Shown here: positions 24,209 through 34,809 of the stretch, piece after piece
Layout of the letters: the number at the start of each line of letters is the position of its first letter
Position numbering within the stretch: position 1 is the first letter of the stretch
Source: Paraspadella gotoi
Taxonomy: Eukaryota; Animalia; Chaetognatha
Direction of reading: 5' to 3'
Assembly (NCBI GenBank): GCA_051294375.1
Contig: CM119267.1
Span: 4,235,260 to 4,299,259 of the forward strand
DNA: 64,000 bases
Notes under the pieces: model-generated
Databases searched by the model: none
Told to the model about the DNA's origin: nothing
The model's input: only the letters and a program-made list of their open reading frames with translations
Program-made: the position numbers and the translations under genes

Positions 24209-27052
24209 AATCAGGCTCCGGCGGTCACCAATTCTCCGGCAGCCGGTGAATAAATAAATAAATAAATAATAAATAAATAATAATAATAAATAATAAATAA
24301 ATAAATAAAAAATAAATAATAATAATAATAAAAAATAAATAAATAAATCAGGCTCCGGCGGTCACCAATTCTCCGGCAGCCGGTGAATAAATCGAAGAGT
24401 GAAGGAGTTTTAGAGGGGTTGTTTTATTTGCTCGAATTAAGGCGGAAAAAAAGTGGCGGTGGTTTGAACGAATGCCAGTGAACAGTGGCAATTAGAATGT
24501 TATTTATTGACTTTATACGTCAGAATAGAAGAACGTTTTCGGATTTTATAACTAGAAAACACGAAAACTAAGTAAGCACGATTTTTTTTTATCATGAGGT
24601 GCTTTTTTGAATACGGCATTTTTCTCGTTCTTAATTCAATTTTCAATACAATTGAATGACAAAGATGTACGTATTTAAGAACATAGTTACGTCTATATAT
24701 GCAAGTGAACCGCGCTTTTCGGATCCACAGCTGCGCCAACGAAGGAGAAGTCGTCCACGGCGAACTTGCCTTCGTTGACGGCGTCGACGACCGACGCGGC
24801 CATCATCATCACTCAACCCAAATACGTCTGCCAATTGTGCAACAAGGGTTTCAAGAGCGGTTACAATTTGAAGCGGCATCACAAAGATTATCACGGGGAA
24901 AACAGCGAGGTACAACTGGGGGGGGGCTCGGGCTTAAAAAAAATCTGTAAGCTGTAATTTTTTTTTTGACGTTTTGTTTAGATTTTCAAGGCGAAGGCCT
25001 CTCACATATGCGCCCTTTGCGCCAAACCGTTTCTAAGCTCACACAATTTAAAAAGACATACTCAAGACTTTCACAGTGACAACAGGGTAAGTCTGAAATA
25101 GAACTTATTGTGACCACAATGAATTAAGTTCATGTTTTGGTGTTCTTCTTATAGTTAACATATCATTGCGAAATATGTCGAAAAAACTTTCAAAACCGCT
25201 TCAACCTGAAGCGTCATAGAATCGGAATTCACAGCGGACCGGGAGGACAGTTTCAATGCGAAATATGTTCCAAATATTTCCATTACCAATCTAATTTATC
25301 GCGACATCGAAAAGATGTTCATAAATCAGGCAAGAGGCGTTTTGTGTAGTCGAGAAATGCCTTGAAATTGGTTTTTATTCAGTTTCTTTTTTTAAAAAAA
25401 CGGTTTAGGCCCCGGATTTCCTGGAACTCAAGTCGTTCTTCATGCCTCGCATAAGACGACAATAAAAAAGCAAATCTTGGCGATCCCCGCCCCTATAATT
25501 TCTCAACCGCAACAGCAGTTGCAGTCACAACCGCAGCAACAGTCTCAACAGATGCAAGCGCATCAGCTGTTGCAGCAACCGCAACAACAACAAATTCAAC
25601 AACAACAACCACAACAACCTCAAGCTCAGACGCCAAATTCTAACGTAACGGCCTCTGAAAATCAATCCAATGCAAATGGCAAATCATACATTTGTGATTT
25701 GTGCCACAAGGACTTTCAAAATACCTACAACTTGAAGCGTCATAGGTTTGTACATTAAAGCGTAGGAAAAATATTAAAATCAAGTCGAATCAAAATTCGA
25801 ATGGTAGATCATGAACAGGCTTGTTCCTATAAACATTTTTAAATAAAAAAAATTTCTTTTTTATTTTTCAATTTTCGCATTAGCCCATATTTATACATAG
25901 TACACCATAGAAAAATGTTAAAATTTTAAAATGGTATTTTCCTATTTTTGAAAGCAGATACGAATTACTCACAAATAGTTGATAAAATGAAATTTAACTC
26001 TTTTTAGAAAATTATTTCATTAAGTGGGTCAAAATCCTAAAAAACTAATTAAATAACCTATAATTTCATTTTAATATAAAAAGTATAGTTTTTTTTCATT
26101 TTTAACTAATGAAATAATTTTTGATCAAGACTTATATTTTATTTTATCAACTTTTTATGAGGAATTCGAAACTAAAAAAACTATTCTTAAATTTTGACAT
26201 TTTCTATGTATAAATATGGGCGTATGTAAAAATTGATAAATTTTTTAAAAAAATTTAAAAAAAAATATCAATGTTCTTTAGTACAAGACTGTTCAAGAAC
26301 ATTGAACAACTATTCGAATTTTGATCTGCAACTTTCACTACGCCTTATTGTACATCTTTAAATTTGGTGGATAAAATTCTTCTCGTTATCATTATTTTGT
26401 CATTTTCTATAGGATTAACGTTCACAAAGAAACTAAAATTCTTTACCGGTGCGATGAATGCGGCAAAGATTTTCCCAGCATTGGGAATTTTAAACGTCAT
26501 AAGAACTTGGTCCATGGTATGGGGAAGCAGGTACATATGATATTTTTAGCTGGGAAATATATTTTTGTATCTTGATATAAAAATATTAAGTGATGTTAAT
26601 ATCATGCAGGCATTTTATTGTGAAACCTGTGATAAAAATTTTGCGAGCAAAGATGGTTTGAAACGACACGTATCCGCTATTCACGACAGCTCCGAAGGTA
26701 ACGACTAACCATTAGTAACCATTACCTACCATTACCTACCATTACCTAACTAATAAAGATGATTCTTATTGAAAAATAATTGAAGTCGATGATTATTAAT
26801 AAAATTTTGTTCTCAGGCGCCTTTGCTTGCGAAGCTTGCGGAAAACGTTTTAAACGCAAAGATTACTTAGAAAAGCATGTAGTCTCTGCGCACGAAAATA
26901 AGTACACCATAGTACAAGCTGAAAACTCAACAGGTAAAATTCTTACGAGATGACAGGGAATTATCGAAAAATAGTGACAACAACCCATATTTTTTTAAGG
27001 TAATGCGTTGGTAAACAGTTCGATTATCACTTCAACTTCTAACATGTGCTGA
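23310..27052 (+). CDS. C2H2 zinc-finger protein (8 fingers, Q-rich linker), spliced
   Basis: Fingers CQLC..HHKDYH, CALC..HTQDFH, CEIC..HRIGIH, CEIC..HRKDVH, CDLC..HRINVH, CDEC..HKNLVH, CETC..HVSAIH, CEAC..HVVSAH lie on consecutive phase-compatible exons; Q-rich at ~25506-25625; N-terminus MDIKHNPFAPG (tentative). Confidence 0.8.
23800..24391 (+). repeat. Six-unit tandem array of an exon end + splice donor, separated by (AAT/AAAT)n spacers
   Basis: tcaggctccggcggtc[g/a]ccaattctccggcagccggtgaataaa at ~23800, 23917, 24012, 24113 (2-nt deletion), 24211 and 24348. Confidence 0.92.
25756..26348. mobile_element. Foldback/MITE-like long imperfect inverted repeat in a zinc-finger gene intron
   Basis: Complementary arms: taaagcgtag / ctacgcctta; atcaaaattcgaat / attcgaattttgat; gcccatatttatacatag / ctatgtataaatatgggc; gttgataaaat / attttatcaac. 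Confidence 0.7.
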
Positions 27053-27785
27053 ATTTCTCCGACGATCCAAACAGTTGCTAGTCAACATAACACCTTTCAT
27101 ATTGTTCATCCCGTAGCTTCATACTAGTCCCAGCTTTATTTCTTGCATTTCTTTGAAGTTAAATACTTTTACAAAAATCAGTTTTTTTGTCAAAGTGATA
27201 TTTCGTTATCTACGAGAGGTAATTGTTAAAACAAGACGCCTACCATTTTCTATATTACTGCTTAGTCTTTGAGGAAGCCGTTCCATATTGCTTTTTGACT
27301 TTAAAAAAATACGTATAATATGGTACGTATATGAAGAAACTTTGCCTTTTAAAAACTAGTCATGGTAACAAATATTAATTTTAATCATTTGTATGAAATT
27401 TTATGAGTACAATTTTGGAACGCCTCTGATAACCATCGGGAAAGAAATCCAAAGTACTTACCTTCTAATAACAGTTTCGTTCACTCATTTTACCAGAATT
27501 CTATTCAAACTACGTTTCGATCATTTTGTTTCGTAGCACCGTTTGCATCCTAAGTATATTTGTTGTGTCGATGACGCCGTCTCATGCCATTCATTGAAAT
27601 TGCAATCTTTTACGCACCCGCTTTTCATTTATCATATTGTTATAGAAAATTTGAGCACAAACAAACAAAATAAAAACGGTACGAACGATGCGTTGTTTCT
27701 ATTGCAACCACGAATCGATCCTTGTTCTCGATCCTCATTGAAAAAAAGAAAATAGCAAAGAGAGTCTTCGTCGTCGAAGTGGACG

Positions 27786-28820
27786 ATGTTTTCTTACGGT
27801 CGAGGAACGCGCTCCTTCAAGCAACGCGTGCTCTACGAAGCCATTCAGGCCAACGACTATCTCAAGGTGGAGGAGCTGGTCTCCTCGGACGTTGACGTCT
27901 CCGAGGATCAGGCGGCTTTGGAACTGGCGGTCAGCACCGGAAAGACGAGCATCGCGCGCCTGCTTATCCAGTCGGGATGTTGCGTCAACGAACCCAACGA
28001 CGTCCAATTCCGCGCGATGGACATGGCCGTCTACCGCAGCTTCAACGACATCGTGGAGATACTCACGGAGGCGGGCTTCGACATCACAGTCAGGAATGGT
28101 TACAGCGAGAGTCGCCTCCACATCGCCGCCTGCGGAAACAACGAACTTCTCCTCAGTCGTTTACTCCACGGTGGATTCGACCCCGACGAAACCACCAACT
28201 CATGGACTGCGTGTCACGTCTTGGCCGCGCGGAATCACGTCAAGACTTTGAAAGGTTGGACCCAGTATTTTTTGGGATTTAGTTTTCTAATTTTTGTTCG
28301 GCAAAACGAATATTTTTCTTAACACCCCCCCCCCCGACTATCGCTTCCAGTCCTACTCCGTTTCGGCTGTGACGTCGACGCCCGAACGAACGAGGGCGCC
28401 ACTCCTCTTTCTCTCGCCCTCGAACGGAATCATCTGTCGCCGTGTTTTCTCCTCGTCGACGCCGGTTGTGATCTTCGCGACGCCGCTCGAAGGCTCAACG
28501 TCTCGTACGGCGACGAAGAAGAAGGCGCTATCGCCGAAGACCTCGTGGAGGAAGCCGGTCTTTTCAACGCTGCGCAGGACCCGTCCTCGCCTCAGCCGGA
28601 GCCTCCTTCGCCGCAGATCGTCGCCGAACGCAGACGCCTCTCCGACCTCATTCGACGACGTCTCTTCGAGAAGCCGCATAGTCTCAAGGATTTGGCGCGA
28701 ATGCGCGTGAGACGGGCGCTGCGCGTAGACATTGAGCGAAAGTCAAAGACGCTGCCTCTGCCCCCGCAGCTTGCCGAATACGTCTGCGACATATTTTCCG
28801 ATGAGAAACGCGAGCAATGA
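27786..28820 (+). CDS. Ankyrin-repeat and SOCS-box protein (ASB-like), 2 exons
   Basis: Ankyrin repeats (ALELAVSTG..IARLLIQSG, RLHIAACGNN, TACHVLAARNHVKTLK|VLLRFGCDVDARTNEGATPLFLAL); SOCS box PHSLKDLARMRVRRAL...LPLPPQLAEYV. Exons 27786-28253 and 28351-28820. Confidence 0.85.
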
Positions 28821-29189
28821 CCCCCCCCTCAAAAATTATACAAAAACCTATCGAAATTCCATGCGTTGTATAATCACAAAAAAATATCTCTTTTTCTCGA
28901 ATTGTTTGTTTTTTCTAACTGATTTTCTTGTAAAAAAGCAGTTTTTGTTTCGTCGTACATGTTGCGCGGTTAGACAAAATTCCTCGCAACTTGAACCACA
29001 AAACTAATTTTGCTTTAATGTTAAATTGTTGCGTATGCGCACGAATATATTCCTTTGATCTGCCTACATTTTACTGTTATGAATGTACCGTTTGTACAAT
29101 GTTCCTCCTTTCCCTTTGCACACGATCCTTCGATCTCAACAAAGTCAGTTGGGATTTGTTTTTTTTTTCAACTGAAGAATTTGTGCTCT

Positions 29190-29265
29190 GATCATTTACG
29201 AGAGTTACTGGGAGATTTACTGGATCATTTACTGGGAGATTTACTGGATCATTTACTGGGAGATC
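29190..29265. repeat. Short 24-bp tandem repeat (about 3 copies)
   Basis: gatcatttactgggagatttactg units. Confidence 0.75.
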
Positions 29266-29572
29266 TAGATCTTGATGTTTCGGGAATGCCTATTAAATCC
29301 TTATGATTTTAATATCAAAATAAAAAAAATTCACCCGTGAACCAATAACCATCTGAAAAGTTCTAATGATTTAAGCACTCCCGTTCGTCATATTTTCCCT
29401 CTTCAACCGGGTGTCCGGTTTTGGATTATAGTTCCAGTATTTATTTTTCTTCAAAATCAAGAGGCGAATCAATGTTTAATTTTCCGTTTTTGACTCGAGT
29501 CTTTTAACCGTAAATTGTTTTGGTGTTTAAAGTGGGGATTTTTCACTGTATCATCGCTTTATCCAGAATGAC

Positions 29573-29959
29573 ATGGCTCTTGTCTTCTCCTCTCTCGTCA
29601 AGAGAACCTTGACGGTATCTGCCAGACTCGGAAACGCGCGCTTCTCATCCTCTCACTCTCCCTCGCGATTCCCCGTGCTCATTCTCTACACCCACGACTC
29701 CTGCTCCCTCTGCGACGACGCTCTCGAATTAATCTCCCCGCTCTCCTCGCGCTTCCGCCTGGAGACGGTGGACATTCGCGCCGCCGGAAACGAGTCTTGG
29801 CTTCGACGCTACCGCTTCGACATTCCCGTCTTCCATTTCGAAGGCGAGTTTCTCATGAAGCATCGGGCGGACGTTGATCTCTTGGAAAAGCGCCTTAACG
29901 AGTTCGAGGAAAGAGAAAACACTGACGCGAACCACGCGCGCGAGAGGGCAGAACCTTAA
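29573..29959 (+). CDS. C5orf63: Glutaredoxin-like protein, C5orf63/YDR286C family (probably mitochondrial)
   Basis: Single-exon 128-aa ORF: Arg/Ser-rich presequence-like N-terminus, LILYTHDSCSLCDDA, LETVDI...WLRRYRFDIPVFHFEGEFLMKHRAD. Confidence 0.85.
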   Translation: MALVFSSLVKRTLTVSARLGNARFSSSHSPSRFPVLILYTHDSCSLCDDALELISPLSSRFRLETVDIRAAGNESWLRRYRFDIPVFHFEGEFLMKHRADVDLLEKRLNEFEERENTDANHARERAEP

Positions 29960-29992
29960 TTAATTTATTTATTTAAAAACTTAAAAAACAAA

Positions 29993-32900
29993 ATGACAAC
30001 TGGAGATGCGAAGCCCGCCGGCGACGACAACGTTAAAGTCGTCGTTCGCTGTCGGCCGATGAACGAAACGGAAAAGAAGAACAAATGCAACCAGGTTTGT
30101 TTTTTGTTTGTTTTGTTTGTTTGGTTTTTTTTGCTACTTGCTAAATCAGTAACGTTTTGACCTCCAAAACTCCTCATCCCTTTTCTTCAAATAGGCCGTC
30201 CACGTAGACACTGTGCGTCGTTGCATCAGCGTGAAAAATCCCGCGGAGGGATCGAGCGAGGATCCGCCCAAGGAGTTCACTTTCGACGTCGTATTCGGTC
30301 CAGACTCGAAGCAGGCCGATGTCTACAACGAGTGCGCCAGGCGGATCGTCGATTCCGTTCTCGAGGGATACAACGGGACCATCTTCGCCTACGGCCAGAC
30401 CGGAACGGGTAAGGATTCGAGGAGAATTCTATCATGTAGTTCTTCCCCACCAACAATTTGAGCATCTGCTCAGCAAACGCGACATCTCCCGAGAGAAAAA
30501 CGAAGAGGAAAACTCCTCTTCCCCGCCTTCTCTCCCCCTCCCGTACGCTACCTCAGTACGCCGACACGAGACAGAATCACTTCTTCTGTTCGCCCTTTGC
30601 GCTCACAGTCTCCCGGCTTTTTTACGAAAATATTTTTTGAATTTTTTGTTGAAATAATTTTGCATATTTTTCGTTTCTCTTTTTGGAGTTCAGAATACAG
30701 ATATTCTTCAACACGTGGCTTTTTGAAGTTCTCTCTTCACGGCCGCCATCTTTTTCGTCTTCGTTGTGCGTGGCTTCGGAGGGAAGAGCCTTGACTCGGC
30801 CCTTTCGCTTGCCCTCGACGCACCCTGCGCGGCTGCGGAGGGAAGAGCCGCGACTCGGCCCTCTCGTTTGCCCTCGGCGCTTAGTACGGCTGCAGGGGGA
30901 AGAACCTTGTTTCGGCCCCCTTGTTTGTCCAGTGCTCTCCGTTTTTTGGACTGAGGCGCGTGTTTTCAACTCGACTACCCTCATGTCTCTTCCGCCGCCG
31001 CCTTCGCCGCCGCCTCCACCGCCGCCTCCACCGCCTCCACCATCAGCCATTCCGGGCTTTTCTAGTCAGGCCGAAGTCATGCCCCTTCAGATGGAGGCAG
31101 TTCTGCTCCAAATTAGCAACGCTCTTTCTAGCGTTCGTCGCGAATTTAAGGAGTTTCGCCGCTCGTCTCGTTCCGAGTTGGAGAGTCTTCGGCGGTGAGT
31201 ACTTCTTTCTTTTCGTTTTTGGTTTTTCGCCCTTTTTTGGCGTACATTCGGCGTACAGAGGGGTTTTCCTCCTGTGCCCCACCTAACTCGACTTTGTTTG
31301 TTTGTTTTTTGTCGGGCCTTCGCCTGGTCTTGTTACAGGCTCACTTGTTGGTGGGGAAGAACTACATGATAGAATTTGTGGTTCCATATGGAACCGGGAT
31401 TCTTCATGGTTCTTCCCCACCAACAACCACCCACCGTCCACCCCTGGCACCACCGGTGGCGGAGGGCGGCTCAGGCTCGCTTGTCTTGTTTGGTGGGTGT
31501 TTTTGGGGTTCCTTTTTTGAGACTGTCATTTTTCAATGATTTCTCTTTTTTTCCATGTACGTTTTCTTCATGGTTCTTTGACGCCTCTGTTCGCCATTTC
31601 GCCGTTCTTCGTCGATTTCGTTTGTTCGCCAGCGACTTGGAGTCTTCGCGTTCTTTGGCGGCCTCTTCGGCGGCGGATCGGCCTTCGCGCTCCGAGCGGT
31701 GACTGCGTCACGCCTTCCTCGTCGAGCCCCGTCTGCGCAAGTCGACGACGACGCCTCCGTTTCCGGATCAGAGGAGGGTTCCTCCTCTGAAGAGTCTGCT
31801 GCGGGTTTTACAACTTCTTGTCTCGTCGTGCTTCTATACAGCCTTCGGAGTGGGTCCTGCAGCAGTGGAAGGATTTGCGCAGAGTTGGCCAGGACGACGT
31901 TCTTTTACCGTCGTGGGACGTGCTTTCCGCCAATACGCGTTTCGGCGCTGGTCGGATGTTTCTTCGCCGGCGGAGTTTCGTCCTCCTGCTCAAGAGAGTT
32001 GCCTTGCCGCTCAGTTCGACGCCGTTCGGAAGGACTCCAAGACGACGGCGCCTTTCAAGGCTTTTGAGCGCATCATGAGGGACGCCGGAGCGTCCGCTCA
32101 TGCTGTCCTTTCTGTCGCTGACGCTCTCCGCCTCATGGTTGAGGCCCTACGCTCGGAGGGGCCCGGTGCAGTGGACGCAGGCCACCTTGACGATCTTGCC
32201 AAGCCCCTTGGAGACGCCTCGTCGGGTTTGGCGGCGATTTTGGTTCGGCCCTCTCTCGAGTCTCGGCGCTTAGTTGTTGACGCTGCCCCTTCGGATCTCA
32301 AGACAGTTCTGTCCAGTTCTCCGCCCTCCACGTCGTTCTTTTTCGGAGACCGCTCCACAGACGTCACTCAAGCGTTCCATTCTTTGCTTCTCCGCTCCGG
32401 GGCGCCACACAATTGCGCCTGTTCTGCTAGCCGCAAGCGTGGCGTGGCAGTCCGCGTAGTCCCGCTCGCCGTCCCTACCGGCCTCGCAAGTCTTCGCTGC
32501 CTCCCCAGCGTAGGGGCGGGGCTCCAGGGACGTCTAAGGACGCCGACTGATCGCCCGACAGCTCTTTCGGCCGTTGCCTCGTTCGGCCGTCAGGTTCTCC
32601 AGGCCCGGCTTTCGTCCATGGACTTTTTTTTTGCGGTTTCTCATCCCCCTCTTCTACGACGTCCGGTCAAGTGGGCGTGGCACGTCACCGGAAGTCTTCG
32701 CGGGATTCCCCCCTCTTGGTTTGCTTGGCTACGAGTGATTCTGTCTCGTGTCGGCGTACTGAGGTAGCGTACGGGAGGGGGAAGAGAAGGCGGGGAAGAG
32801 GAGTTTTCCTCTTCGTTTTTCTCTCGGGAGATGTCGCGTTTGCTGAGCAGATGCTCACTTGTTGGTGGGGAAGAACCATGAAGAATCCCGGTTCCATATG

Positions 32901-34760
32901 GAACCACAAATTGTGGCCGAGGTTATGGCTTTATTCCAGTTACTTATTTTTTTGGTTTCAATCAAGGTAAAACCTTCACGATGGAAGGCGTTCGAGCCGT
33001 TCCCGAACTTCGGGGCATCATCCCCAACTCGTTCGCCCACATTTTCGGGAGCATCGCCAAGGCGGAGGTGGAAACGAGATTTCTAGTCAGAGTCCAGTAT
33101 CTGGAGATCTACAACGAAGAGGTTGACAGTTAAAGAGATGAAGTTGGCTTCATTATTTATTTTTGTCGAACAATTTTTAAAAATGTCTTACTTCTTTTTC
33201 CCCCCCACCAGGTGAGAGATTTGTTGGGGAAAGACCAGGCGGCGCATCTGGAGGTGAAGGAGCGACCGGACGTTGGAGTTTACGTGAAGGATCTCTCGCA
33301 CTTCGTCGCCAACAACGCCGACGACATGGACAGGATCATGACGGTCGGCAACAAGAATCGCTCCGTCGGCGCCACAAACATGAACGAACATTCGTCGAGG
33401 TATCTTGACAGGAAAATACCAAAAAATTATTCATTTATTTAATAAATAAGCTGTCTTGCCCTTGTTATTTGACATGATATAGTGTGTTAAGGGCTCCCTC
33501 ACTCTTACAATGTAATAACTTACCAGAATCCTATAACGATTTTCCTTTTCCCTTTTGTTTTTTTTTTTTTTTTTTTTTTTTTTGTTTCGATCAAGATCCC
33601 ACGCCATCTTCACCGTCACCATAGAATGTAGCGAAAAAGGTTTGGACGGCGCTCAGCACGTGCGCATGGGTAAATTGAACTTGGTCGATCTGGCCGGATC
33701 AGAGCGCCAATCCAAGACCGGCGCCACTGGGCAGAGACTCAAAGAGGCGACGAAGATTAACTTGAGTCTTTCGACGCTGGGAAACGTCATCTCATCGCTT
33801 GTCGATGGAAAGTCAACTCACGTACCTTATCGGTAGGCCAATTTTCTCTTTTTTTCCCCTCTCAATTTGCTCTTTTTTTCCCTCTCAATTTTCTCTTTTT
33901 TTCCCTCTCAATTTGCTCTTTTTTTCCCTTGTTCTTTCTTTTTTCTTTATTTATTTTCTTTTTTTATTTTTTTTCAATTATTTTTTTATAGTATATAGCT
34001 CTTGCTCTCTTGGAATCAATTTTATTTTTATTTATTTATTTTTTTTAAAGGAATTCCAAGTTGACGCGACTTTTACAAGATTCGCTTGGAGGCAACGCCA
34101 AAACGCTGATGGTCGCTAACTGCGGGCCGGCCGACTACAATTACGACGAAACAATTAGGTCAGGCGCCGGTTTTCACGCGAGTCCCCAAACTTCTCTTTC
34201 TTCAACATAATGACTTGGCTTTTTCCAGTACCCTGCGCTACGCCAATCGGGCCAAGAACATTAAAAACCGTGCGCAAATCAACGAAGACCCGAAGGACGC
34301 CTTGCTCCGCCAGTTGCAGCAAGAGATGGAAGAGCTGAAGCGACAACTCAGCGAAGCCGGGGACGAGGACGGCGAAGGGGGCGAGAGCGAGGGTTAGCTC
34401 TGAGAATGAATAAATAAATAAATAAATTTAAAAAAATGAAATAAAATCTAATTCGACCGATTCAGGCGAAGACGAAAGTCCCGGAGTTCAACGTCGGCGA
34501 AAAGGGGCGCGCCGCGGCAGCAAATCGCTGAGCAAAGAGAAGAAAGCGGAGATCATGAATCAGATCGAGGTGGATCGAAGGGCGTTGGAGCAGGCCAAGG
34601 ACATGGCGGAGGAGCAGAGGAAGAAGGTGGAAGAGGAGTTGAAGAAGAGGGAAGAGGAAATCCGAACCGCAGATGAAGAACAGAAGTTGTTGTCGAGGAG
34701 GTTCGGTCGATGAGAATTTAAATTTTGTGGCGTTAAGTTGTTTTTATTTTCGATTCATCC

Positions 34761-34809
<49 letters not shown>

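Noticed and set aside
23800-24391. CRISPR-like repeat-spacer appearance
   Set aside because: Eukaryotic intron, spacers are AAT microsatellite, the repeat is a copy of the host exon end, and there are no cas genes.
21734-27052. Single forkhead + zinc-finger fusion gene
   Set aside because: The forkhead model ends at an in-frame TAG (23104-23106) and a new ATG starts at 23310; treated as two genes.
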